Positions 12,470 to 26,940 of a stretch of 64,000 bases of DNA are shown in pieces (within the stretch, counting starts at the first letter, position 1; each line of letters begins with the position of its first letter). Source of the stretch: the human T2T-CHM13v2.0 reference genome, Homo sapiens; NCBI RefSeq assembly GCF_009914755.1, contig NC_060932.1. One strand, given 5' to 3'. The translations under genes and the position numbers were made by a program. The notes below the pieces were generated by a model. It was given only the letters and a program-made list of their open reading frames with translations, did not search any database and was not told the origin of the DNA.

Positions 12470-14075
12470 GCACACCATGGCAGCCATGGAGCACTAGGGG
12501 ATGATGTGGCTGAAATTTCCCATCAAAAGGTAAGTCCCATCAGACCCACCAGATTATAAGGTCAAGGGGCTACAGCCACAGTCTATCATAAAGAGGAAGT
12601 TGTACATCGGGAATCATGCACAAGCAGGACCAGAGGGCACGCGTGAGCTGCACGAATAGGAAGCCAGACTCCCCCAGCACCCACCAGGCTGCACCAACTC
12701 CCTCCCTCACTTCGCACCTACGGCTGTGTGGCGATCCTGTAAAACCAGCTGGGGGCAGAGAGAAAGGCCGATTTGGGGGATGGGGGTGTGGGGGGTGGGG
12801 TGTTGAATGGTTGGTTTGTTATATGGGTGCAGGCTGGAAATGCAGGGCAGCTCCACTGCAGCCTTACTCTAGAGTGGCCAGGAAAGACAGGGGTAAGGGA
12901 AAAATTCTCCCAACTGGTTCCTTCAGAGAGGGAAGAATAGCCCAAGTTCAGGACAGCTGTGGACTCAAGGGCAGCAGCAAGTGGCTTGGCTGCCTAGTCA
13001 GAGGCCAGAAACACAAAGACTGGAAGAGGAAGAATTAGGAAATCTGGGGTAGAGAGACATAGGTGGACATGTGGGAGTGAGTATGCAGCATGAAGATCTC
13101 TTTACCACATGATAATGCCAGCCAGAGGGCATCTACCATGAAAGAGGCACTCATCCACAAAGCATGGAAAGGGGCCCAGCCAGGGGATGCCAGCCAGTGT
13201 CTTCACTGGCTACCCTAGTACCTGCGTAATGGATGCAGGAACGAACTGGCCACAATGGCAGAGATAGGTTACACATGGCCCAACAGCATGCACACCCGCT
13301 CACCAAGGTCCACCTAGCTACTGCCACCACCAAATGTCCAAATGGCCAGCAACAGAGACTGTCACCAAGTGCCTCACACAGCACCACTCCTTGAGAGGAC
13401 CAACCCACCATAAGGTGGCAAAGGATTACACCGGGCCCCTTCCATGCTGAAAGGGCCAGTGATGTGTTCTTACACTCACATACATGTATTCTTGGCACGT
13501 GTTTGACTTTCCTGCCTTCAGGGTCTTGGCCAACTTCTGTCCCCTAAATAACATCCATCAGACCAAGCAACTCACTTTGCAGCAAGGAAAATGCAGCAGT
13601 GAGCCCACAGCTGCTTTCCACCTGTTTTATTTTACTGCACGTCACCAGGAACTGCCGTCCTGAAAAAGCACTGGAATAGCCCCAAGGCACAGCCACAGCA
13701 CCAGTTCAGTGAACAAACTCTGTGCAGGTGGGTGCCGGACTCCAGGACACTGAATCAAACACTCCAAAGGTAGGGACACACCATGTTCCCCAAATGAATA
13801 ATACACGTGTTTGGAAAGCAAAGGAGAGAAACAGGATTGACTTCATTTACTATCTCAGGGACCCATCGGGAGACTTTGTAGCTTTTGTTCCCACACTCTT
13901 GGCTCTGTAGAGTTAGAGGTCCTAGTCCCCAAAACAGTACACTTTTATCTGGGAATATAGCAAGACTCCATTGAGTTATAAGATACAGCTATTGCCTGGG
14001 CACTCTGGGATCACTGCTACAGGGACAAGTAGGCAAAAGGAGTTTGCCAGGTACAATCGTCCTATAAGCAGTGTA
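12470..14075 (+). mobile_element. Degenerate ERV-L class internal sequence (pol: RNase H and integrase relics)
   Basis: Frameshifted remnants resembling ERV-L pol: QAGPEGT, AAPLQPYSRVARKDRGKGK (RNase H region), KDWK; integrase zinc-finger region (QQHAHPLTKVHLATATTKCPNGQQQR) and DYTGPLP near 13250-13520. Confidence 0.85.
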
Positions 14076-14168
14076 GGAGGATCTCTGTTGTGCCACAGCC
14101 TTGCAAGCATTTGGTGTTACAAAGTATATAAATATTTGCCAATTGGATGGGCTTAAAATCATATTTCG

Positions 14169-14465
<297 letters not shown>

Positions 14466-15087
14466 TCATATACATAGCTAATCACCACTGAGGTTGAGCA
14501 TCTCTTCACATAGTATATGGGCCACTCACGTACACTCGTTTATAAAGTGCCTCTGTTCATTTTTCTATTGGGTTCTTCTATTTTTCTTGGTTTGTTGCAA
14601 TTTTTATGTTTTGAATGCTATTTTTTGCCAGTTATATGATTACAGATATTACCTCATATCTGATTTGCTTTTCCCTTCACTTATGTCTATTGTCATACAG
14701 ATGTTTTAAATTTGAATGTTCTTAAATTTCTCTATCTTTTCCTTTATCATTTATGTTTTCTGTACCTTGTATAAGAAGTCCATCCATATATAAAGATAAA
14801 GATAATATCCTATATTTTCAGAAGCTTTAAAATTTTAAGCTTAATTTTAGGTTGTTAGACCATATGGAAATAATTTTTATGTAGGGGGTGAGGTGGGGAT
14901 TCAGTTTACTTTTTTCCATATTCATAACCAAGAATCCCAAATAAATTGTTATTAAATAATCCATTATTTCTCCCACTTATCTCCAATGTTACCTTTATAT
15001 GACATCGTTGTAAGTAGTCCCGTTTCTGGGCTTTCTGTTACGCTCCATTCATTTGTCTATTCCTGCACCAATCCTATACTGTTTTTT

Positions 15088-15950
15088 CATCATTTATTCA
15101 ACAAATATTTTTTCAGTGCCTACTATATGCCAGGAAGTGCTCTAAGCACCCAGGATAAATGAGTGAACAAAGCAAACAAGATCCTACCCTGTTTAGTGTG
15201 TATACTCTAGTGGGAAAAAGATTAAAAACACCAAAAATCCTAGGTAGATGACATAGTTTGAAGGTAACAAGAGCTATAAAAAATGAAAAGAAAAGCAGAG
15301 CAGGTCAGAGAGATCAGGTGGGCTGGGAAAGCACAATTTTAAATAGGGTGAGCCTCCAAGGGAAGGTGACTGCAAACAAAGCCATGGAGGCAGTGAGGCA
15401 CTCACCCATTCAGATATCCCCAGCAAGGGGTAGAGAAAGCAGTCCTACAGGGGCAACAAGAATGTGCCTGCTATTTCTAAGGGGCAGGAAGGAAGCCAGT
15501 GTGGCTTGAGTGGAATAAACAAGGAGGAAGTAGCAGGACAAAGATCAGATAAGCCAGATAGTGTAGGACCTTGTGGGATGGTTAAGGACTACGGATTTTA
15601 CTCTGAGTAAAATGGGTAGCCACATTGGAGTTTTGAGCGGGAGAGGAAATGATAAAACTTATGTTTTACAAAATCACTCTGGCTGTCCTCGGTTGAGAAT
15701 AGACTAGAGTGAACCAAGCACAGATGCAGTGAATGGTTAAGAAACTATGGCTGTAATCCAAGTGAGAGATAATGGTGGTTTAGACCAAGTGGTGGTGGAG
15801 GAAGTCATGGGTCATGATTAGAATCTGGATATATTTTGAAGATAGAGCCAAAAGGATTTCCTGACAGATTTGACACAGAGTTTGAGAGAAAGAGAGGGTT
15901 ATGGCTGACTCGAAGATTACTGGCTTAAGTGGGGAACCTTGTGGATGGAG
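15088..15950 (-). mobile_element. L2 (L2a-like) LINE 3' portion
   Basis: catttattcaacaaatatt...gcctactatatgccaggaagtgctctaagc...; aatccaagtgagagataatggtggtttagaccaag. Confidence 0.88.
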
Positions 15951-16187
15951 CAGACGTGTAGGAAAAGATCAGGCGGTTGTAATCAGGCTAGTTTTAATGA
16001 GTCAAAATACCTAGTAGAGTAAGTCTTCTTACCTTATACTTCTTCAAATTTTTCTTTGTTACTCTTGGCCTATTACTATTCAGCTTTAATATCAGCTTGT
16101 CAAATTCCATAACATATCCTTTAAAATTTTTAAATAGAATTTTATTGAACTTAGATGAATTTGGAAATATTTTGTCATATTAGTAAT

Positions 16188-16668
16188 TTGGTTTGGACAC
16201 ACAAGTTTATTTGTAAATTTAGTCAACATATATAATTGACCTACAAATGTCAATAGAAAGATAAATTTTAAAACCACCTGGAAGCCCATCTCTATAAAAG
16301 TGATTTTCCCAGGACAGTAGCCAGATGTAACCTAACCCAACATCATCTTAACTGGCAGACATTCAGTGGGCTGGAGCTTTGCGCTCCACCCCCACACCAA
16401 GTTTTTATAATACAAATGCCACAAGAAAAACAACTTCAGTATTGTTTCCTCTTAGCAGAGGAGAAAAACTCAACCTAGTTATGAGACCAACCACAACACA
16501 ATGAAAACCTGCATTAACTAGTTCAGAATATTACTTAACAGGTGATTTTAGTGTGAATAACTCATATTTTATTCTAGAGCCCTTATAAATAAAATCCCGC
16601 AGTGAGTGTTTGTACTATCAGCTAGAGGGTTAGTTAACATGTGGTAGAATGAGGACTTACGCAAGGTT
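16188..16668 (-). pseudogene. Retroposed mRNA 3'-UTR fragment (5'-truncated processed pseudogene), tentatively SET-derived
   Basis: Non-L1 sequence interrupting co-linear L1. On the minus strand it ends ...gttgactaaatttacAAATAAActtg (AATAAA at 16211-16206). The parent gene is recalled from memory, not verified. Confidence 0.65.
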
Positions 16669-16782
16669 TTATTTTACTACTATGAAAACAATAACATAGC
16701 TCTCCACTTATTCAAGTCTTCTTGGATGTCCTTCAATACCATGTTATAATTATAATTTTCTCCATAAAGATCTTAAGCATTT

Positions 16783-17080
<298 letters not shown>

Positions 17081-20000
17081 TTAAATATTTGTATTACATA
17101 TAGTTCTATGTACCCCATGATTTGTGGTGCTGTTATAAATACTGTTTTTTCTACTATACTTTTTGATTACTTAGTGCTGGTGTATAAAAACACCCTGATT
17201 TTAGTATGCCTTCCATACAGCCAGAAAGAGTAGAGAATTCTATTAGTTCTAATGGTTTGACTCCACCTTCTCATTGATTTCCTATACAGAAAGTTATATT
17301 CTGTACAAATGAGTTTTCTGTCTCCCTCTCCCATTCTTATTCTCCTGCCTTTATCTCATTGTATTGCATTGGCCTAGGACCTTCCATACAATGCTGAATA
17401 ATGACAATGCTAGGAATCCTTGTCTCATCTTAATATTAGTGGGAAGGATCCAATAAATATGAGATTTACTGTAGGTTTTTGCAAGATATCCTTTATCAGG
17501 TTGAGAAAGTTTCCTTCCATTCTTACTTTGAAAAGCTTTTTATCATGCATGAGTTCTGAATATTAACAATGCATGCTTTCTTCTGAGATGATCATATGTT
17601 CTCCCTCCTTTAATCTCTTAAGGTAGTATATTACATTAACAGATTTTTCTAAATCATCTTTCAGTAAATCTTACCTACTCATAGAGCATTTTAACACTGA
17701 ACTACCTGTGCTATTTTATTTCAGATTTTGTCATTTACGTTCCTTATGAAGATTTATTATAACTTTATTTTCTTATATTGTCCTTGTCCAGAATTGGTAT
17801 CAAGGTTATACTGGCCTCAGAAAATTGGTTGGCTAGCCTTTCTTATTTTCTCTCCTATGTAACACCGCATTAGAAAAAAAATTATTTGTTCCGTGAAGTT
17901 ACAATAAAATTTCCTGAAGCACCTGGACTTTGGAGAGAAGGAAGAGAATCATTAGGGGATGCTTTGTTTCATTGTCATGTATTCATATTTTTATATCTCT
18001 CTTTTTAGAGGTTTTCGTTGCAGAGCAAACCTTGGGTTTCACTGATCCTCTTTATCATCTTTCCTTTCTGTTTTCTATTTCTGCTCTTTCTTTACTATTA
18101 TCTTGTTTTGCAGTTTACTTTTTGGTCTGTTAGTCTGCTCATTTCCTACCTTCTTGATATGAATTATTAGCTTATTTATTTTCAAGTGTTCTTTTCTAAT
18201 ACATGTTTTTAACCTCTAAGGTTTGTTCTAGATACATCTCACGTATAGATATGTAGTACTTTCATTGCCATTCTCTTCTGATGTAATTTCCATTTCATTT
18301 CCTTCTTAATCCATGAATTACTTAAAAGTATACATTTTTGCTTTCAAACATATGGCCTGTTATACTACCTTCACAATTTTATTTCCGATTTGATTGCATC
18401 ATGTTAGAGAATGTGGTCTTCATTATTTTGAAATTTGTTCAGACTTATTTTGTCACCTACAACCTGGTGAATTTTTGTAACTATTCTATGTGTGCTTGAA
18501 AAGCATAAAATTTCTCTCTATGTGTTTCTTAGGTACAGGGTTTTACAGACATTTATGGACAAGCTTATCAATTTGTTATGTAAATCATCTATATCTGTTT
18601 AATTTTCTGGCAAATTGAGACATCTGATTCTTAGAGATTCAATTAAAATTTCCTCCTGTGATTGTGAATTTTTTGATTTCTCTTTTAGTTCTGTCAGTTT
18701 TTCTTTTACACAGTTTAGGCTATGCTATTAGCATACACAAGTCTTATTATCCTCTTGCTACTATTCCTTTTGTTATTGTTTAGTATTTTTAATGCTATTA
18801 AAGTCTTTTGTTCTTAAAATTATTTTTTCTAATATTAAGATACCTACATTACCTTTTTTGTATTCATTTACCAGGCGTATGTTTTCCCAGTCTTCTTTTT
18901 TAACCTTTCCATGTGTCTTTATTTTAGGTGCATTTCTTGTAAGCAGCATATAACAGGATTTTGGTTCTTAGCCAATTTGATAATCTCTTCCTCTAATTAG
19001 TAATTTTAATATATTTACTCTGGCTATTTAAACTTCTTTCCATAACCTCATTTTGTGTTTTCTACTTACCATCCTCTTCCTTTAATTTCTTTTCCCTCAT
19101 TTTCTCTCTCCTATTAGTCTTTTCTGACTGCCTTTGACCCTTGGCCAATTTGGAGGCAAAACGAAAAAAAAATCTGTTCTTCTAGTGTTTACCCTTACAA
19201 TTGTTACATACCCACTTCACTATGTTTTCCAAACCAAGTCTAAAGTTAGTATTTCTAACCTTCTCCCAAACTCAAAACCCGCCACACTGAACAATCTCTA
19301 TCTCATTACCGCAGTGTAAAGATTTGCCTTTTTTATTTTCTTCTAACACACACACAGAGGGTTATTTTTTTAAAATTGCTTCAGTGATCAACATTTTAAT
19401 CATTGTTTAACTAATTACTGTTTCTTATGCTTCAGGTCTCTCCTTTAATTCTTCATCTTACTGAAATATATCTTTAAAAGGGTTTTATAGTAACTGTCTA
19501 TGAGTTATAAAATCTCTTAAGTCTTTTTATATCTGAAATATTTCTATTATGTCTATACTATCGAATGTAAGTTTAGCTGGGTATACATTTCATCAATACT
19601 TTGAAGATGTTACTCCATTGTCTTCTCACGATCATTGGCACTCATAAGCCTGCTGTCAGTCTGATGGTCATTTCTTTGTAGGCAATGTCTTTTCTTTCTA
19701 CAGTTATTAATATTTTTTCATTATTCTTAATATTCTGGGGTTTATTATAAATCTAGATGTCATTCATTTTTATTTATCTTGCTTAGGGCTTAAAATATAC
19801 TTTGAATATGATGATTCACATCTTCATTTCTAAAAAGTCTTCAGCTATTATATTCTCAAATATTGCTTCTCCACTATTCTCGCAATTCTATTTCTCCAGA
19901 ACTCCCTTTACATGTCAGTTGACACATCTCAACTTATCCTCTGTGTCATTTAACTGCTGATTAATTGATAGATACATTCTTCTTTTTCCTGCTCTATGTG

Positions 20001-21663
20001 CATCAGAACTATTCACTAAAACATTAACTAAGTTCCTCATCAACTGGGTTCAATCTAAGAGTTCCAGGTATGGAATTATTTCAGTAGCTATTTTTTATTC
20101 CAAGTTTTATATTTAGTTCTTTTATTTTGCCTATTTTCTGTCATAGTTTATTATTTCTTCACTGACCTCTTTGAACATCCTAAACACACATTTTAAAATG
20201 CTTTTGTTTGTTATAAAAAATTAACTCGAGTCAATTTATATTTCATTTCTTCATATTGTTGCCTCCTTTCTTTCCATTATTCATATTCTTTAGAATTTGA
20301 GTTTGCAGGCTCATTTTCACAGTTGCACACACATGGGTGTGTCACCTTGGGCAGAAGGCAAGAAGAGAGAAGCACTTTCAAGTTGTACCTACACGAAGGT
20401 GATTAGAGTTTCCAGGGTTCCCTGCTGCAGCAGTGGCTACAACAAGAAACAGGTAAACCCCAGAGGGCCTGGACTAAAGCATAAAAGGTACCTCTTCCGG
20501 GATATATCTGAATTGTTCCTTACAAAATATTTAACCTAAGGTGATACTGATGACAGTGGTCTGAAAACTGGCCTTTGGAAGTCATAGACACAATGAATTT
20601 ACCTGTCACCACCACCACCTCCCCTAGGAACTTCTGAAGGACATCTACATTCCGTAGAAATAAAGTTTTAAATTGAAGGAAAAAAATATTCAAACTTACA
20701 TCATGACTTAAGCACCTAAGAGACTTAAAGAACATATCAAAATTACAACTGTGTCACTGAATCAAATTTACATTTTTGACACAATCATTACAAAATCATT
20801 ACTTGGTAAGAATTTTCCAATAGTCCTACTGGATTGTTTTTATTTAGAATTACCTTAAGATTCCTGCATTTCTACTCACAATTTTAATCTGTCATTACTC
20901 ATGAATATCTGTGTCTATGAGATTTTTTATTATGAGATTTTAGTTTCCCTTAAGATTTGGGTTCTCATATGAAATCTTCAGGAAGAACTTTAAAGAAAGT
21001 TCAAATTTTCATAAAGCCCTTTTCCAAACACATTGACACTCCAAATTTTGACCTGACTGGTAAAGATCTGTGATTGTGATTGTTCAAATGTGATTCTCTA
21101 AAAATACCTAAGAGGCCGACCACTACATCTTCCGCACTCATGAAAGGCAGTTTTCCAGATCTGACATGTCCTATGGGTTCACTACATAAATTGGCTAGGG
21201 CAAGTTCTACTAACTAGTACACTCCATTCTCTTGCTAACTAGCACACTCCTGTTAACTAGAATGCCCCACTCTCCACCTCTGCCTACTAAGGGTACCACT
21301 GAATAACAAACCCTCCAACAACAGATGGGGTAGGAAGAGCAGTCTGTCTTGTCAGAGTGGAAACCAACAGGGAGGCTGGGCTCCCATTAGAACATGTGCA
21401 GTTACCGCATGTTCCTTCAGTGTCTTATCCAAATGCTCCCTCTCTTCCAGCTCTTTCCCCTGCTTTTAGACTTCACTCAGAACACAGCCACGTACACAAC
21501 AATTTCCAGGGCAGCCTCCACCCCTGGGATCCTAGAAAGTTAGGCTGGATAGGAGGAGTGGCACAGCCATTCCACCCTGAGACTGTACACTTTCCCCAGT
21601 GCCGTCACAGCTGCTGACTGTTCAAAGTAACAAACTGGCTTTGCCTGTTTTAGCTTGCTGTAA

Positions 21664-22020
<357 letters not shown>

Positions 22021-22384
22021 TAGAGCAGCCTCTTTCTATATAGTTCAAACCACATATCATCCATCTGAGAATGACTTAAATCGAGATGTCAAACCCCTAA
22101 CCACCCACCTGAGAAAGCTTAAAAAAGACAGGCATTTCCAACTCTTGCTGGGGATCCCCACCTGGGGGGCTCCCTGACACGTGAAATTCAATACAGCTAC
22201 CACCAAGCTGACTACCAAGCCAATATCTTCTGTCTCTGTTTTCACAGCATCACCATTTTCCTAGATCCTTCACAGAAAAGCTGGGAGTCCCCTCTGTGCT
22301 TCCCTCTTACTCATCTCAAATGAAACCGTTTCCAGTCTCTCAAATTTTATGTACTTTCTTTTCCCAGCTAGACGGTGACAGCAG

Positions 22385-22456
22385 CCTCCTCCCTGTCCGC
22401 CCGCCTCAGCTCCCTCACTGCAGCCCTCCTCCCTGTCCGCCCGCCTCAGCTCCCTC
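22385..22456. repeat. GC-rich tandem duplication, 40-bp period, in L2-like sequence
   Basis: cctcctccctgtccgcccgcctcagctccctc at 22385-22416 and 22425-22456. Confidence 0.93.
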
Positions 22457-22497
22457 CTTGCCGCCTTTCTCATCCCTTCCAGTCAGTCTCCATCTCA

Positions 22498-22830
<333 letters not shown>

Positions 22831-24769
22831 AAAACCACCACAACAACAAACCCACAAATAGGTAAGATGCAAGAATCTTAAACAGTCTTAAGAATCTTAC
22901 TGACTAAGATTACAGGTGATTTTTATGTTCTTCTTTTTGCTCTTCAGTTTATTCCAAATTTCTATAAGAAGTATGTATTCCAACTGTCAAAAGAAGTTTT
23001 TCAAAAATGTTTATACAGACTGACAGATAGTCTGGAAGAAAATACAATAAAATATTGGAATAATGGTTGCCTCTGGTTTTCTTTTGTATTTTCATATATT
23101 TTCCATATTTTCTGTAATGAGCATGCATTACTTTTATAACCCACAAAATGAGGGCAGTTGTTGAAGTTCTAACATCCATACCCCACCATCAGCCAACCTG
23201 AACCTTTGTCCTATGGCCACCCTCCTGACTGTGTGCATACTTCACTTCCTACACCCCCATCTCCACCTGAGGAAACCCTGCCCATCCAGCCAGTGCCATT
23301 TCCGGTATAACCTTCTCCCTTAAGTCTTTCCAGAATGTCAATCAGATACAAAGCTCTCTTCTTAAAACCCCAAAGCATGTCCAAACCCCCTTAACTCAGG
23401 CACGTACATAGTCTACCCTATGGAATGCCTGCTGGCTTCCCTGTAACCCCCTCTCTGCAGAGAACTCTGAACATGGGGCCCACCTCCCTGGACACTGTAT
23501 TCTGTCACATAGCACAGCATGCATTGCACCTTGCACGTATGAGGCTCCTCGGGTGGAAAAAATCTGCTGAATTAAACTGTAACACTTTGAAATTTTCACA
23601 GAGCATCTTTATCAATGTAGTGTAGTTCATAATGGAGGGATTCCTAAAAAGAAGAATGCCAGTTTATGGAGAATTCAGCCCATCCATTGAGGCTTCGAAA
23701 GTGGAAATTCACTGATTATATGGGGAGGACGGGGAATGCAGAGTCAAACACAGAAAGAAAAAGAGCTCCCATTTCACCTCTCCCTTTCCTCTTCCAAATT
23801 CCTAGATTATAGACGTGGATTCAGAAGTGTTGAATGGGGCATATTTCCATCAGACTTACGTGCTGAAACACTTACTGTGTGGCCTCAGGCAAATTCTCTG
23901 TACTCTCTAACCCTTTTTTTTCTCATCTATAAACTAGGAGTAAAGAGAATATTATTCACAGTCACTGAGGGGATTTCATCTATGAGGTACTCAGTAAGCG
24001 TTCGTGTCCACTCTGTTCTCTTAGGCTCCCTGCCTGCACCACCTCTGCCCTCCCCACATGCGCAGGCACACCCTCTAAATCCCCTCTCAGTCCACTCGAG
24101 GTCAGAGCTGCTCCTCTGGTCACCCTGATCTCTGAGAATCACAGCATGCTGTGGTACAGCCTCAGAGCCGGCCCCCAGTCCTCAGATGAAACGTACCATA
24201 CTGCAGCCTCATAGCAGCCTCTCTGGACGCTGCCTACAGAATTCCTGAGCCAGTTTCTCCATTTCTCAAGCATAAAACTCTTTGGTTATCACCCAACTCA
24301 GATGATCCCTCTCTAATGGCTACTTCTGAACCCACAGCTTTGCAAAAGCTTAATGCGTCTTCATATATTGACCTTCTCACCATCTCCTGGCTCAGTATCA
24401 CCAGCCAGGTCTTTGTCACCCAAAACCTGCAAAGACACCTAGTCTCAACCAAGGGCAGGTGAGTGTGTGTCTCTGAGTCACACAGCAGGATGTCTGAAGC
24501 CTTAATCTGTCATGTAAAAAATGAGTAGAACTAAATTATTTATAACATCTCACTTGGTCATAGAATGATCTGATGGCTCTGTGGAAGGAAATGATAAAGA
24601 GAATCAAGATCTTTTTTCGTCTTTTTTTCTTCTCCTCAACTTTAACTGTGACATTACAATTGTGATCAGTGAGTAAATAAAATTTTCCCTACAAACAGCA
24701 AGTAACTGAGTATCGTTTTCTAGGAAAGAGTATGAAGAAAAAGGAAGTTAAGGGAAAGGAATAAATGAG

Positions 24770-24997
24770 TTTGTATCCACCAAATGCCTGCTGTGAGCCA
24801 CACACTGATATCTGTATATGTGGAATCCGGTGATAACCCTACAAGGAAGATGCTACTAGCCCCAACTTAAGGATGAGAAAACAGAGATTCAGAGAGGTTA
24901 GGCCACTTGCCCAAAGACATAGATAGAACCAAGGCAGACTCTGGATTCCCATGAAGGAAGGCCTGGAATTCAAAGCCGACGTCCTTTCTGCTATACC
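24770..24997 (-). mobile_element. MIR SINE
   Basis: gatgagaaaacagagattcagagaggttaggccacttgcccaaagac. Confidence 0.8.
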
Positions 24998-26102
24998 TCC
25001 CTGGAAACAACGTCAGAAGCTGGTCTCTGTGGACCACTACGGATGCCTGCAAGCAAGCTGAATTAACAGCCTCCCCGTGCAGACACAGGGTTTGAAGGAT
25101 GGTGCTGTGGGATCAAATTATTCATTACATAGATTCAGTGGCACCTGATAAATGACATGCAGTTCACGTGGATCTCGGGAAGGGAGCATAATTTTATGGA
25201 GCACCCTATTAGAGGTGCATTTTCTGTACTGGGCATTTACTGGATATCAATAAAGTACACGTAGAGTCAGGGGCACAGAAACAGCAAACCACATGCAGCG
25301 CATTTCCAAGGTGCTCCTCTCCACGGCTCCCTGGCCTCTTCAAAGGCAAAAGGGCGCACCTTGATGAAACCTCTGACCAGGGCAACAAAAGGACCCTCAA
25401 TTCCGGCTACAGCTGGATAGCTGTAGGTCCTTGATCAGAAGGTGGAACATAGGCACAGACCAGAAATATCCTGAGCTCAACTCTAGAAAGGTAGCTCAGT
25501 GGACGAGAGACAGCCAGACCCTGGCCACGGACACACATTCCCAGACACCATCTTGGTGGCCTGGAGTAAGTCTCTTCTGGTCAGCTATCCAGCAAAGAAG
25601 AGAGCAGGGGAGGGGGGATTCAAAGACAGATTTCAGCTCTACGATGCTAGGAACAAGGAAGATGAATACGTGGCAAAAAATGTAAACATTTCAATTTATC
25701 TTCTGTGCTCTTTACTTTTCTGAAAATCTACATCATGTTAAATAATGCAACAAGACACCTTCCTTATCCCTACTCTTGATTGAAATCTACAAAATTTGAA
25801 AATACCTTCTGCTAATAAAAGAAACCATATAGCAATTAGCGGTTGATTGATATTTTCAGTATTTGATGGCAACTAATTACCTTCTGTCCACATCATTCCT
25901 AATGCTGCTTTAATTTGATTAATTTTTCTTTTCAGCCCCTTCCCTAATTTAAAATGTGCTCATATGCACGTGTACACTCCACTGTACCTCTGCACTGTGA
26001 TTAATGCAGCTCCAGGTTCTTTATACACATTGCTATTTTTCAGCCTTAACCCCGGGAATATTCTCTGAAGAGTACCAGGTATGTATTTACCAAGAGGGGT
26101 CA

Positions 26103-26530
26103 AGAATCAGAATTCCAAGGTTGGAAGGGACCTTCCTTCTCATCTAGCCTCAATGCCCTGGAAATCTTCATAACCCCTTTCATATTACAGCAAACAAGTG
26201 TTCAGTCAAAGCTCAAATTACCCTCTGCCTCTTGAAGTAGCCCATTCCCCTTCACAGATCTAATGAGAGCTTGAAAGCTATTCCTACACTGAATCAAACC
26301 CCTGGTATGTTTCTTCCTTCACTCTAATTCTCTCCCTTGAGGTCACAAGGGACAAATTTAGCCCCTCTTCCTTATGACAACCTGCCAACACTCTGACCTC
26401 TTGAAGACAACTCTGGTAACTCCACGGGCCTCGTCGTCACCAAGCAGAATCCAAGCTCCTTCATCTGCTCCTCATTCAACACATTTTAGGATCTACTCAC
26501 TATCTGCTCTCCTCAGAATGTGCCTCACTG
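26103..26530 (-). mobile_element. L3/CR1 LINE fragment
   Basis: agaatcagaattccaaggttggaagggacctt...gtagcccattcc...aaagctattcctacactgaatcaaa...ccctcttccttatgacaacc. Confidence 0.65.
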
Positions 26531-26882
26531 TGTCTGTATCTCTGAAGGACAGTGGAGCCACAGCTGCTCCCCAGGGATGGACTGGTGAGCCATGGATCTC
26601 TAGACAGAATGACCTCTGCTCGTGGAAGCCCAGGCTTCTCAAAACCAGCTCCCTGGACCAGCACAGTTCTCCCAGCTGCTGGAAGGCAAGTGGTTGCTAG
26701 CTGGACATGGTGACGATAAAGGATTAAATAGCCAGTAGCACCACAGTCCAAAAGAATCAAACTCCTCCTGAGGACCTGAGAGCAAGGCTGAGATCAGGCA
26801 GGCTGAGAATGAGCTGTAGAGCTCTAACAGGACCTGACAAATATGCACACCAGCTGGCCTGGGGCAAAGTAAAGAAAGCCTT

Positions 26883-26940
26883 AACAAAAACAAAAAACAA
26901 ACAAACAAACAAACAAACAAACATATATATATACTCATAT
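26883..26940. repeat. (CAAA)n followed by (TA)n microsatellite
   Basis: Read directly from the sequence. Confidence 0.9.
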
